A stretch of DNA of 64,000 nt from sequence record PX645697.1, one strand, 5' to 3'. The notes under the pieces are model-generated. The model saw nothing but the letters and a program-made list of their open reading frames with translations. It made no database searches and was not told where the DNA came from. Both the position numbers and the translations under genes were made by a program. Below are positions 9,913 through 21,594 of this stretch, piece after piece (positions within the stretch are counted from its first letter, which is position 1; the number at the start of each line of letters is the position of its first letter). Source of the DNA: a phage.

Positions 9913-10881
9913 ATGGCTTTATTTGGAGGAGGGAATAGTAAAACTACTTCCCAAATGATTCGCCCTGAATACATTCAACAGTATATTGACCAACTTAACA
10001 AACAGATTGGTAATACTAGTTCAGGGGATTATGTCTATCGTGACAATGTAGGGTTTAATAATAATCAGACAGAGGCACTTAATAACCTAGCACAATCTGG
10101 TGCTTTAGGCACTCTCTCACAGCAATACATGGATGCAGCAGGTCAAGGGTTAGGGTATCTAGATAATGCCTATAAAGGCTATCAGAGCCTTTCTGGACAA
10201 GGTGGGATTACTGGAGAACAGATTGGTGCTCTCGCTGGTCAACTGTATGATGATGACGCTGTGCAAGCAGCCATTACAGCTAATAATGAACAGGTTCAAC
10301 AGAACTTGGCACGTAATGCTCTTCCTCAGCTGGCTCAACAGTTTGCCGGTCAACAAGGTTCAGGTGCTCGTATGGCTAAGTCTTTTGCCCAAGGTGATGC
10401 TCTGAATCAGATGCAAGGCCAAGCAACAGATATTACCAATAGTGCCTATAACTCGGCTATTAGCCAAGCTGAAAGCATCCTCTCTGGTAATAGACAGAAT
10501 CAGGCAGCTGCTCTCTCTGGTCTTTCTAATATTGGTTCTAACCTTTCTAACCTAGGTCAGCAGGGTGCTAATTTGTCTCAACAACAAATAATGAATCAAT
10601 GGAATGCAGGGTTGCAGCAACAACAGCAACAACAGAATGAATATGATAATGCCTACCAGAATGCTCAGAACGCAGCTAATTGGGGATGGCAAGATATCAA
10701 TAACCAACTCGGTGCAGCAGGTGTACTTAACGGTGCTCTCGGACAAACTACAACTACTAAAACATCTGGTGGCAAAGGTGGTTTCCTTGGTGGAGCTATG
10801 AGTGGTGCAGCAGCTGGCTCTTCTTTTGGGCCTTGGGGTGCATTAGCTGGGGGTGTAATCGGTGGGTTGGCTAGTACTTAA
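9913..10881 (+). CDS. internal virion protein candidate, paralog of 8848..9900
   Basis: N-terminus MALFGGGNSKTT and GFNNNQTEALNNLAQS parallel the preceding gene; Gly-rich C-terminus. Confidence 0.4.
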   Translation: MALFGGGNSKTTSQMIRPEYIQQYIDQLNKQIGNTSSGDYVYRDNVGFNNNQTEALNNLAQSGALGTLSQQYMDAAGQGLGYLDNAYKGYQSLSGQGGITGEQIGALAGQLYDDDAVQAAITANNEQVQQNLARNALPQLAQQFAGQQGSGARMAKSFAQGDALNQMQGQATDITNSAYNSAISQAESILSGNRQNQAAALSGLSNIGSNLSNLGQQGANLSQQQIMNQWNAGLQQQQQQQNEYDNAYQNAQNAANWGWQDINNQLGAAGVLNGALGQTTTTKTSGGKGGFLGGAMSGAAAGSSFGPWGALAGGVIGGLAST

Positions 10882-10894
10882 TTAGGAGATAAAT

Positions 10895-12550
10895 ATGCAA
10901 CAGACAACTTACGCTCAGGTCAGAAGTCGTGACCCGAGAAATACTTTCTATGGTGTTAATCCGGGAGCGGCTTCGGCCTCTCCTTATATGGCTAGACCGA
11001 CTCAGACAGCAGATATTTCTATGTATCAACGTCCTGCTGTACCTTCATCTCTTGCGGGTCTTGTCTCTCAGGCAGAAGAAGATCAGAATGCTATGGTTAA
11101 TCCGGGATTCCAGCAACGTCTTATGGAACAGCAGAATCAAGGAACTCCTACCAGTCTTCAGGGTATTAATATTGGAGCACCGGCCCCTGTAGCATCTAAC
11201 CCTAACCTATCCACTGATCAAGGTTTACAGGATGCTGGGCTTATGCCTAGTGACCCTCTTCCGGTAACACCTCCTACTAAACCGTTAGAAGCTGGTCCTA
11301 TGGAGTTTACTCCTTCTCAGGTGGAACAGGCACAAGGTGTGATTAACACTCTTGCTCAAGGACAAGACACTGGTGATGGAATGGCTGCTGCTACTCGTGC
11401 TAAAGATCAGGAACGTGTTAACAATGATATCTTGCAAGTTGCGAAAGCTAAAGACCCTTCAGAAGCTTGGAACAAATTACAGAAAGAACCATTCTATCAG
11501 AACTCTAGTTTCTACACAGGTTTGATGGGTGTAGGTCTTTCAATCATGTCAGGTAAGTCTCCTATCGAAGCTTTCCAGATTGGTCAGGGAATGGCTAATC
11601 AAGATGAGACTAAGAAGCAACTGGAAGCTAACCGTGATGCTCTGATTGAACAAGGCTTCTCTCAAGACTCGATCGCAGCTGCTATTGCTAACGGAGACCC
11701 GTCTCTACTGAAGATGAGAGCTGTAGACCCTGCTCAGAAAGAAGCTCTGTATGCTGCTCGTGAAGAACGTCAGAATGCTGAATGGGATAGACGTCAACAG
11801 ATTCAAGAGCAGGCTATGCGTGAACGTGCCGAGGAAACTCGTCGTGCTGCTGAAAAGAGAACTGATATGAACTTTGAACGTCAGAAAGAGTTGATTGGTT
11901 ATCGTGATAGAGTTAAGGCTGAACGTGCTGAACAAGTTGCTCAAAGTTTCAACTTCCCCACGAAAGAAATCCGTAACGCTCAGAATACAGCTGAAGGTAC
12001 TATCGCTAAACAGTGGGCAGAGAAAGGTGGCTTGTTTAACCAGTCTAATAAAGACTTGGACTTGGCTGATAAAGCTGTTAAGGACAAAGACTATCAGACG
12101 GCCCGTTCTGCTTACATGCAGGCTATCATGAACTCCGCAAGGGCTGAAATTGGTTCTACTCGTTCTCTAACTGAAGAAGATTTGGGACATTTTGCAGAAG
12201 ACCCATCAATCTTTATCCGTGTAGGTAACAAGTTTGCTCTGAAGTCTGGGTGGCGTCCTACTGATTCTGCTCTTGCTTATGCTCGTAAACAGGCTAACGT
12301 CGGTCATACCTCTGCTATGAAAGGTGTTGCTGATGCTAAGAGAGATACTATCAACGCTTATGTTGGTTCTGGTATGGATAAGAAGAGAGCTACTGCATTG
12401 GTTAACCGTGCAATTCCTTCTGGCGGTTTCTATGACCCTCTCGGTGTTTTCTCTGATGAAGCAGAAGAGTATGTTGGTGGTGCAGCGACCAATCCTAAAC
12501 TGAATGGTGCTTTATCAGCTGTCGAAGACACTAGCTGGTTCACACAATAA
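10895..12550 (+). CDS. hypothetical virion protein
   Basis: Track ORF in structural operon; charged coiled-coil-like central region. Confidence 0.4.
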   Translation: MQQTTYAQVRSRDPRNTFYGVNPGAASASPYMARPTQTADISMYQRPAVPSSLAGLVSQAEEDQNAMVNPGFQQRLMEQQNQGTPTSLQGINIGAPAPVASNPNLSTDQGLQDAGLMPSDPLPVTPPTKPLEAGPMEFTPSQVEQAQGVINTLAQGQDTGDGMAAATRAKDQERVNNDILQVAKAKDPSEAWNKLQKEPFYQNSSFYTGLMGVGLSIMSGKSPIEAFQIGQGMANQDETKKQLEANRDALIEQGFSQDSIAAAIANGDPSLLKMRAVDPAQKEALYAAREERQNAEWDRRQQIQEQAMRERAEETRRAAEKRTDMNFERQKELIGYRDRVKAERAEQVAQSFNFPTKEIRNAQNTAEGTIAKQWAEKGGLFNQSNKDLDLADKAVKDKDYQTARSAYMQAIMNSARAEIGSTRSLTEEDLGHFAEDPSIFIRVGNKFALKSGWRPTDSALAYARKQANVGHTSAMKGVADAKRDTINAYVGSGMDKKRATALVNRAIPSGGFYDPLGVFSDEAEEYVGGAATNPKLNGALSAVEDTSWFTQ

Positions 12551-12570
12551 GACCTAAGTCCTGCCTTCTA

Positions 12571-12579
12571 TAATGTATA
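12571..12579 (+). promoter_or_regulatory. TAATGTATA motif, candidate phage-specific promoter element
   Basis: Exact 9-mer recurring 35-60 nt upstream of start codons at four other sites; lies 38 nt upstream of the ATG at 12618. Confidence 0.35.
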
Positions 12580-12617
12580 TAGGGGGTAGGACATTTTTAT
12601 TTATAAAAGGAGACGTT

Positions 12618-15600
12618 ATGGCTAACATTAAACCGTGGGAAGAAGCTTCCAAAGCTCCTGCGTATCTGAATGCCTCTCCGGAGCAGCAAGCTCAAATGAG
12701 AGAACAATATAAGGCAGCAGGTGGCTCTATTCCTGAGGAACAGCCAGTAGCACAACCACAACAAGAAGAACGTGGTGTTATAGGTGAGTTTGCTCAAGGT
12801 GTGTCAAATGCTCTTCAATCTGGTGGTGCAAATATTGCAGCTAGTGCTGCTAAAGGTATTGGTGGTTTAGTTGAGATTGGTGAGAATCTAGCTGGAGCAC
12901 AGACTAGTTATGGTAAGCGTATCCAAGAGAACTCTCAGAACCTTCTGAAAGAACGTATGGATAAGATTGAGGATGGGATTGGCAAAACTGTCGGTCAGTA
13001 TGCTGGCGTTGCTGGTGATATCGGTTTGACAGTTGCTAACCCATTGGCTGCTGCTGCTATCATCGCAGGTCGTGAGACAGGTCGTGCATATGCAGACCAA
13101 ACCCCTGAAGAGGGGGAAGATAAGTCTATTCTAGATGCAGCCTTAGTTGGTGGTGCTAACTACGCGGCTATGAGAATCCTTCCGGGTGCTGTTGGTACAG
13201 CTGAGTCCACACTTGGACGTATTGGTCAGAACGTTGCTACTAACGCAGTGGCTGGTGCTAAGGGCGGGGCTCTTATAGGTGCTGCTGAAGCTCAGAACAA
13301 GTATGGTGATGACAATGATCTAGCTAAGACATTGGAAGGTGTTATCGAAGAAGGAGCTATGGGTGCTGCATTTGGTGGTGCAGTTGGTGGGGTTCATGGT
13401 TTGATTAGCCGTCCGGATTCTGCTGTCTTCAGGAATACTCCAGAGTATGCGAAGACTGATATTGCTGCTGATGATGAACTGATTCGTAGTGCTAAGAATA
13501 TTGATGAGCTGAAAGAGGCTTACTCTAAAGCTGAAACTGCTAACGCTGCTTCTGCTCTGAACCTTCTCGATGAGAATGGATTCCGTATTACAGATGCTGT
13601 TGCTGTAGATTCTCCTGCTGCTCAGCGTATTCTTAATACTGACCAAGCTCGTGCTGAGAAAGCTGCTTCTGTTCAGAAAGAACATTCCAACATTCCTGGC
13701 CTTAATCCTTTAGCTTCTCCTGCTAAAACTCGTGGTAAAGCTTTCGCTGATAATGAGCACAACCAGAAACAGGCTGTTGCTATGAAGGATGCAATGGCTG
13801 ACTACACCAAGGATAATACTAAAACTCTTACAGATGTTCTAGATAACCTAGACCGTGAATTAACATCTCTCCGAGCTTCTGGTGATTTTACCGGTAGTCC
13901 GATTGACATTAAGAACCGTACGCAAGCTGACCGTGATTTCATTGATGCTTACAAGACTTTCTACAATGAAGCAAATCGATTCAAAGCTCGTGATGGGGAA
14001 GACTTTAATAACTTTGTAGAGAAAGCTACTGAACTACAGAAGATGGCTGATAATGTTTCTCCAGAGATGAAGAAAGCTATTGGTGGGTTGAAGAAACTGA
14101 AAGGTATGCCTGAAGGTTTTAATCCTATCCAAGATGCTTACACTCTGAACAATACAGCTAAATTCATGAGCAACCAAGATCGTGGCTGGACTTCCCTGAC
14201 TGATGATGGCTTCCGTGAGGCTTCTTCACCTAGTCTGGTAATGAACACTCTTGGTGCTGCTAAATATGCTCTGAATCGCTTCTCTTCTCAGCGTGCTCGC
14301 TCTCAACGTGTTAAGCAACAAGAATCTAACAGTGAAGCTATCCGCTCTCTAGCTCGTGGTGATTTGGAAGTTGCTCGTGCTAAATCCGCTGCTGATGAAG
14401 CTCGCACTAAGATGGAAGAAGAACCAGCTGTTGATGACATTAATTTTAAGACGCAAAATGATGTGGAAACTGAACCGGTTCGGGAGCCTTCTTCTAGTAC
14501 TGTGACGGGAGAAAATCTTCCTTCTTCTGCTCCTCAAGAAGCTCCTCTTACAGCTCGTGATTTAGTTGCTCAAAGACGTGCTATCCGTCAGGCTGAACAG
14601 CGTCGCGCTGAAGAAGAGGCATTGGCTGCTCAAGAAGCTCCGGTTGAACAGGCTCCACAAGCTGAACCTCTCCCTGCTCGTAATCCTTTAGAGGAGCGTC
14701 GTGTATTAGAGCAGCAACGTGCTCAAGAAGAGGGCCAAAAGGCTTCATCAGAGGATGCATCTTCTGTTACTAAAGAATCTCTCTCTCACTATGCTGAAGA
14801 TGGGATACTTTCTCAAGATTTAAATGGCAACATTGCCCTTCGCCTAAATCAGTTCACCCCGGCTGAGCAACAGTTTTTGCGTAACCATAATTTGGTTGAC
14901 TCAAATGATATGGTCAAAGCTAGTTCTCTAAGACAAGCTGATCCATTACCTACCCGTGCCCCTAAAGCTCCTAAAGAAGAGGTACAGGACGTTAAACCGG
15001 CAAGTGGTGTAGAACGTTTAGCTGCTATGTCTAGTGCTGCTCGTCAGGCTACTAAAGATCGTGCAGAACGCTTTGCTCGTTCTCTGTACTCTAAGGCTGC
15101 TAAGGCTAAAGCTACTGCTGAGAACTTCTTGTCTTACAAGGGTGATCCTAAGGAGTTGATGCGTCGTATTCGTCAGGAAGATAATGCTATCAACACTGAA
15201 CGTCATGAAGAAATGGCTCGTAACCAGCTGGCTTCTCAGCAAGGTATTGCTACTGCTAAGAACAACACTGTACGAACTAACTTTGCTGAATGGGTTAAAG
15301 AACGTGGTCTGCCAGAAGACATTGCTACTAAGGCATTACGTGCTGAAGAGAAAGGTTTAGGTGGGAACGTAACTAACTTGGATAGTCTGAAACGTCGTGC
15401 TGAAAGGTTGTATCAGAAGCAGCGTGAAGATGAGTTTGATAGACTGTACCAACAAGCTCTAGAAGAGAATAAAGCTTTCGATAACAAGAATGCTCCTAAG
15501 CTGGTTGACCAGAAGAAAGAGTTTCAGTCTGAGATTGATACTTTGATTGATGCAGAACCTTTACGTCCTGCTCAGAAAGACGCTATGCGTAAATTGATGA

Positions 15601-17198
15601 ATGACTTTGTAGATGGAAAGTTTAAATCTTCAGAGAAGGCTGGTAGGGAAGAGGCTTTGGAAGTTGGTCAGATGAAGGATATTTGGGATGGGTTTATTAA
15701 CACCTATAACAGAGAAGTGAATGCCTTCAACAAAGCTAACAAGAACTCTCAGTACGAAGCTGCTGCTAAGCATTTACAGGCTCGTGAAGAACGTCTTGCT
15801 ACACTCAGGAAAAAGGCTCAGGCTCGTTCGGATGCTAAAGCTGCTGTTGAGAATGAACGTAAAACTCTAGAGGCTATTGCAGCTCAGAAGAGTGAGATTG
15901 AGAAGATGATGGAAGGTTTACCTAAACCTGTTCGTGAGGCTCAGGAATCTCGTACACTGAAACAGTTGGCTGCTCACCACGATAAGAACTCTCCAGTTCC
16001 TCCAGAGAAGTTCCGTAGTTACATTGAACGTATCCATAACGCCGAGTCAGACTACCTTGATCGTCAGCGTCGTTTAACTGATGCAGAGGAAGATGCTCGT
16101 CAGGCTAAGTGGAACAAGATGTATGAGCAAGCGGAAGAGATGAACCGCAAGTTTGATGTGGACAAGAGAGTTAAGCGCAGTGAAGAGCTTAAAGCGGCCC
16201 AAGAGCGTGAGAATGATCTTATGGCAGTACAACGTCAACGTGATGATATTCATCGCCGCCTGATGCGTACTATGGAAGATAAGGGCATATCTAGAGAGGA
16301 TGCTGAAGCGTTTGCCGGCTCCTATATGGATAACCGTTATGCACTTCTTGAGAAACCTATGACTCCGACTGAACATCAGAATGCTCGTTCTCGTATCGAA
16401 GCTGATGTTGAGAAATTCGCTAAGAAGTATGAATCAATGACTCCTATTGAGAAAGAGATTGTTAAGGTTACTGGAGATACTGAAGGTAAGCTTGATAACT
16501 TGGATGCGGATACTAGGAAGGCTATTGAGGAGGCTCAGAAGGTTGACTCTGATATTAAGAAACTGCAAGAGGAAGAATTGGAGATGGAGAAGATTCGTTC
16601 TGCTCTGCCTGACGATGAAAAATCTCAAGCAAATTCTGATATCTTGGAAAGCATTAAACAACAGGAAGAGGTCTTTGCTGATAAAGTAGAGAAAGCTTTC
16701 TTGAGTGGGAAAAGCTTGGATGAGTTGGCTAGTGTGGCTGAAGTTTTAGACAGGGTTCATGGTGCAGATAAGGCTGGTAACAACCGTCGCTTTGTACGTG
16801 CATTGCAGACTGCTGCTGAAAACAAGAAGAAGTATGGTGATAATCCGGTAGCTTGGTTTAGTGCTGATGATTATTCTGCTATTGCTAAACTTGGCGCTTC
16901 TTCCGCAGGTGGTAACAAATCTAGAGCATTGGAGAAAATCTTTGGTTCTACAGCTGAACAGGCTAAGAGTAAGTTGCTTGGTAGGGATGATGTAGCGAAG
17001 ATGAGACGTGTAATTGAAGAGAACCCTGATGTTAAGATTCCTTCTTACAAGACAACGAATCGTACTGAGTACTTGCAGTTCTTGGAGAAGTTTAATGACG
17101 AAGGGAAGCCGAAGATTAAACGTGGCTCATTGTCAGAGAAGCTTGAACGCAGTAAGCGTCAATCGAGACTCCGTGTAAGAGTTCGACCTAAGGAGTGA
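12618..17198 (+). CDS. very large internal virion / ejection-type protein (about 1526 aa), coiled-coil rich
   Basis: Track ORF 12573..17198; start moved to ATG 12618 with AAGGAG 5 nt upstream, because the track start overlaps the TAATGTATA motif. Confidence 0.5.
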   Translation: MANIKPWEEASKAPAYLNASPEQQAQMREQYKAAGGSIPEEQPVAQPQQEERGVIGEFAQGVSNALQSGGANIAASAAKGIGGLVEIGENLAGAQTSYGKRIQENSQNLLKERMDKIEDGIGKTVGQYAGVAGDIGLTVANPLAAAAIIAGRETGRAYADQTPEEGEDKSILDAALVGGANYAAMRILPGAVGTAESTLGRIGQNVATNAVAGAKGGALIGAAEAQNKYGDDNDLAKTLEGVIEEGAMGAAFGGAVGGVHGLISRPDSAVFRNTPEYAKTDIAADDELIRSAKNIDELKEAYSKAETANAASALNLLDENGFRITDAVAVDSPAAQRILNTDQARAEKAASVQKEHSNIPGLNPLASPAKTRGKAFADNEHNQKQAVAMKDAMADYTKDNTKTLTDVLDNLDRELTSLRASGDFTGSPIDIKNRTQADRDFIDAYKTFYNEANRFKARDGEDFNNFVEKATELQKMADNVSPEMKKAIGGLKKLKGMPEGFNPIQDAYTLNNTAKFMSNQDRGWTSLTDDGFREASSPSLVMNTLGAAKYALNRFSSQRARSQRVKQQESNSEAIRSLARGDLEVARAKSAADEARTKMEEEPAVDDINFKTQNDVETEPVREPSSSTVTGENLPSSAPQEAPLTARDLVAQRRAIRQAEQRRAEEEALAAQEAPVEQAPQAEPLPARNPLEERRVLEQQRAQEEGQKASSEDASSVTKESLSHYAEDGILSQDLNGNIALRLNQFTPAEQQFLRNHNLVDSNDMVKASSLRQADPLPTRAPKAPKEEVQDVKPASGVERLAAMSSAARQATKDRAERFARSLYSKAAKAKATAENFLSYKGDPKELMRRIRQEDNAINTERHEEMARNQLASQQGIATAKNNTVRTNFAEWVKERGLPEDIATKALRAEEKGLGGNVTNLDSLKRRAERLYQKQREDEFDRLYQQALEENKAFDNKNAPKLVDQKKEFQSEIDTLIDAEPLRPAQKDAMRKLMNDFVDGKFKSSEKAGREEALEVGQMKDIWDGFINTYNREVNAFNKANKNSQYEAAAKHLQAREERLATLRKKAQARSDAKAAVENERKTLEAIAAQKSEIEKMMEGLPKPVREAQESRTLKQLAAHHDKNSPVPPEKFRSYIERIHNAESDYLDRQRRLTDAEEDARQAKWNKMYEQAEEMNRKFDVDKRVKRSEELKAAQERENDLMAVQRQRDDIHRRLMRTMEDKGISREDAEAFAGSYMDNRYALLEKPMTPTEHQNARSRIEADVEKFAKKYESMTPIEKEIVKVTGDTEGKLDNLDADTRKAIEEAQKVDSDIKKLQEEELEMEKIRSALPDDEKSQANSDILESIKQQEEVFADKVEKAFLSGKSLDELASVAEVLDRVHGADKAGNNRRFVRALQTAAENKKKYGDNPVAWFSADDYSAIAKLGASSAGGNKSRALEKIFGSTAEQAKSKLLGRDDVAKMRRVIEENPDVKIPSYKTTNRTEYLQFLEKFNDEGKPKIKRGSLSEKLERSKRQSRLRVRVRPKE

Positions 17199-17208
17199 TA
17201 AAAGAAAA

Positions 17209-17243
17209 GCCCCCAATCGAAAGAAAGGGGGCTTTATTTATTT
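17209..17243. terminator. bidirectional rho-independent terminator at the convergence of plus and minus modules
   Basis: GCCCCC-12 nt loop-GGGGGC flanked by A-run upstream and T-run downstream, so it is U-tailed in both orientations. Confidence 0.6.
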
Positions 17244-17397
17244 CTAGATTTTCTTGTAAGTGATAGTTCCTTCTTTAACAGCTTTATCATAAGCCGCTTT
17301 GAACTTTTTCATCATATCAATTTTGCTCTGTTTTATCTTTTCAAAATCCATCAAATTCATCATCATACATCCCAGCATTCTTCATTCATATAACCTC

Positions 17398-17625
17398 CTA
17401 GATCAAATCATAATACTGAATAATATCAGAGAGTTTGAACTCTCGAATCTCATCTTTCTCTATATCTATCGCTGTCATAATCCAACAAGGTTTGCCACCG
17501 TTATGAAAACGGGAGCTAGCAACGGAGGTTCGGAGTGGAATAACGGACCGGTCAGCAACCTCGCCTCTCCAATTGCGATAGCGAAAGCGAAGCACTTGTT
17601 GCGTAGATTTTTGATCATCACTCAT
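17398..17625 (-). CDS. hypothetical protein
   Basis: Track ORF 17398..17766 trimmed to internal ATG 17625 to avoid overlap with the HNH gene. Confidence 0.3.
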   Translation of the reverse strand: MSDDQKSTQQVLRFRYRNWRGEVADRSVIPLRTSVASSRFHNGGKPCWIMTAIDIEKDEIREFKLSDIIQYYDLI

Positions 17626-18019
17626 TTCCTTTTTTGAATTGTTTTCTTGCATCATTCTCTTCTTTTGTTTTAATCTTATGACAAGGGTCTTTACACAGAA
17701 CCTGAAAACCTTCTTTCTCACACAGAGCACGAGAGATAATTTCATCCCAAGTTGCTTCATGATCAAGAGGCACGATAGGATTTATATGATCTATAGCCAT
17801 ATCCTTTACAGGGTGGTCAGAACCACACATGGCACACTTAAAGTGCATTGCCAGTCTGCCTGTCTTTGGATTAATCTTCTGCTCTGTCTTGGCGTCTGCT
17901 AGTGCATCGAACATGGGCTTCCACTTTCTAGTCAGAGAACGAATCCCTGACTTGATGAAAGAGTTATAACGGGCTTCAGTCCACATTCCAGAGCATCTAG
18001 TCTTCTCAGACTTCGCCAT
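17618..18019 (-). CDS. HNH endonuclease
   Basis: Cys pairs plus DHINPIV...H motif: CAMCGSDHPVKDMAIDHINPIV...CKDPCHKIK. Confidence 0.5.
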   Translation of the reverse strand: MAKSEKTRCSGMWTEARYNSFIKSGIRSLTRKWKPMFDALADAKTEQKINPKTGRLAMHFKCAMCGSDHPVKDMAIDHINPIVPLDHEATWDEIISRALCEKEGFQVLCKDPCHKIKTKEENDARKQFKKGNE

Positions 18020-18195
18020 AATCAGCTTCTTCCCATACGCGCTTACCTACTCGATGTGATACTTTTTCGCGCTTTTCTTTAATATAGCGACTTCCTAATT
18101 CATGGCTATACTTAATGCGCTGCTCCTTACGAGATTCACGATTGGAGGAGTTTTCATCATATGAACGATAATCAAATTTACCCATTATAATATCC

Positions 18196-19017
18196 TTATT
18201 CCCAAGATTTATTTAACCACGACCAATCAAATAGGTCTTCCGGAGTCTGGCCAACAAAGAGCAGCCGAGCATTCTCAAGCATCTTCTCTTCATCTTCAGT
18301 ATCGAACTTCTTATAATATTCCATTCGTACTATATGATACATGGTCCACTTATCTGTAACATCAGCCAATAGTTTAGCTGCTGCTTTCTTCCCTATTCCT
18401 TGACGTCGAAGCTGGAGCTTACCACCCCACATAACTTCTTTACGTTCTCCACATCCGGGGATATTATCTGTACCATCTCCAATCAACATTTGATAGAAGA
18501 AGTTTTGCCATGAAACTAAATCAGATACGTAGTGAGGAGGAACCTCTTTCTGTCTTTCTCCACAAGCCCAACGGTAATGCCATCCGGGCGTTATCAACAA
18601 ATCTTTGTCTCTAGTACAGATAATAGTGTTCTTATCCCTACGTTGCCTTTCAGCTAGTGCATCGTCAGCCTCTCTCCCAAATACGTCTATGTATTCATAC
18701 TTGGCTTTAATGTAATCACCAACGTTTTGCCAGTGAAAAGGTCTTTCTCCGGGAGGTCTATTTGCTTTGTAATCTTGCTGCTTAGCAACATCGAAACGGA
18801 AGTTACCACCTTCGCTGAAGTAGAATACAACCTTACTGCAACCTGAGCGAGCAATGATAGTATCTATCTTGTACTGAAGTCGTTCAATCATGAAATTGTA
18901 ATCAACTGGAACACGTCCTGTGTCAAGAAAGGGATGCTCCTGAGTAAGAGCACCCACTTCATATCGAAGAACGTCAGCATCCACTATAGCTACTTCAGGG
19001 AGCTTAACGTCTTCCAT
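18196..19017 (-). CDS. 5'-3' exonuclease, FEN / T7 gp6-like
   Basis: YKANRPPGERP ... ICTRDKDLL ... IGDGTDNIPG pattern of flap-endonuclease-family phage exonucleases. Confidence 0.6.
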   Translation of the reverse strand: MEDVKLPEVAIVDADVLRYEVGALTQEHPFLDTGRVPVDYNFMIERLQYKIDTIIARSGCSKVVFYFSEGGNFRFDVAKQQDYKANRPPGERPFHWQNVGDYIKAKYEYIDVFGREADDALAERQRRDKNTIICTRDKDLLITPGWHYRWACGERQKEVPPHYVSDLVSWQNFFYQMLIGDGTDNIPGCGERKEVMWGGKLQLRRQGIGKKAAAKLLADVTDKWTMYHIVRMEYYKKFDTEDEEKMLENARLLFVGQTPEDLFDWSWLNKSWE

Positions 19018-19018
19018 A

Positions 19019-19545
19019 TTATTCTCCTAACAGCTTACGAATTTCATTGCGGAAGTTATCATACTCTTCAGGGTATTCAAACCCACATTCGAGAAGAGCG
19101 TAGTGAACAACCTTCAACAAATCCTGAGCCTTATTCTTATCCTTGTGTCGATAAGCATATTTGATCATGTTGGTTTGTTGGAAGTTCAACTGAGGGTTTG
19201 CATGATAAAATTCAACAGGCTGAATGATTTTAGATTCAGGGTTATAGTGTGCACCACCAACCATAGTATCTAAAGCTGGACTTCTTTTGCTGGTTTGTTC
19301 AGTTGTAGACTTAAAGCTGACTACAGGGACAGAGGAATAAATTGGATACTCTTCACCTACTGGCGGCTTTACCATCAACTTTTTCATTGCATACTGAATT
19401 TCTGTATCAGCAGAACACGAAGAGATTTCTTCAATAGATTTACGATAACTGTCAAGAACTGCACGTAGCATAGAGATTGTCCCATTCTTCTCTTTTGATC
19501 TCTCTGCTAATACAATAACTTCTGCTTTTTTGGATTCAAACTCTG

Positions 19546-19555
<10 letters not shown>
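19019..19555 (-). CDS. hypothetical protein
   Basis: Track ORF in co-oriented array. Confidence 0.35.
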
Positions 19556-21041
<1,486 letters not shown>

Positions 21042-21042
<1 letters not shown>

Positions 21043-21302
21043 TATTCTATTCCACGCTCTTTAAGAGCTTCTAACAATCCGTTGTGATTAGCAGCACATT
21101 CTGTGTACTGGTCCTGATACCACTCCAACGTAGTGGCTAGTGCTTTTCCTTGAGCACTCTCTAAAAGAGGTAGGTCAACCCTACATTCAGCTTTTAGGTT
21201 TGTTGGTAAGGGCATTGATTGCCTGCTGTTGTCGCTCGTTGAACAAGCTGACATACTCATCACTAGCGCAGACATTATAAAAAACTGGTTTAGTTTTCTC
21301 AT
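21042..21302 (-). CDS. o-spanin-like lipoprotein candidate, embedded/overlapping
   Basis: Internal ATG 21302; MRKLNQFFIMSALVMSMSAC lipoprotein-type signal with Cys; overlaps the 3' part of the next gene in another frame. Confidence 0.3.
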
Positions 21303-21561
21303 AATGCATCTCTTTATAAATGGTTTCCGTGTTCTTCTTCCAGTTAGATAAACCGGTAAGAACCCTCTGAGCAACTTCATCAGCTGCTCTATTTCTTTCA
21401 ATCTCTAACTCTTGTTGATGTTTCTCTTTGTCCAGATTACTGCTGTCTGTTTGATATTCGTTAAACTTCATACCACCAAAGAATACAAGAGCTGAGAAAA
21501 CGATAAACCCTAAGTTATCACTTAATGTGTTTTGCATGTTGTCTCCAACGAAAAAAGCCAC
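21187..21561 (-). CDS. i-spanin-like protein candidate (N-terminal TM plus coiled coil)
   Basis: LGFIVFSALVFFGGM hydrophobic segment followed by charged helical region; overlapped arrangement with the lipoprotein ORF. Confidence 0.35.
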   Translation of the reverse strand: MAFFVGDNMQNTLSDNLGFIVFSALVFFGGMKFNEYQTDSSNLDKEKHQQELEIERNRAADEVAQRVLTGLSNWKKNTETIYKEMHYEKTKPVFYNVCASDEYVSLFNERQQQAINALTNKPKS

Positions 21562-21572
21562 CCAGAGGTGGC
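21551..21572 (-). terminator. rho-independent terminator downstream of SSB-like gene
   Basis: Minus-strand GCCACC-ucug-GGUGGC followed by U6. Confidence 0.55.
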
Positions 21573-21594
21573 TAAGCTATAACAAGGAGAGTTA

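Noticed and set aside
12597-16661. Minus-strand ORFs inside the 1541-aa virion protein gene (12597..12797, 13320..13685, 14349..14537, 15018..15242, 16074..16376, 16434..16661)
   Set aside because: Antisense frames of a long coding region; hydrophobic/low-complexity translations typical of antisense artefacts.
18112-18186. Apparent small ORF between the FEN-like exonuclease and HNH genes
   Set aside because: A first hand translation suggested about 59 aa, but careful reverse-complementing shows a stop after 24 codons; treated as non-coding spacer.
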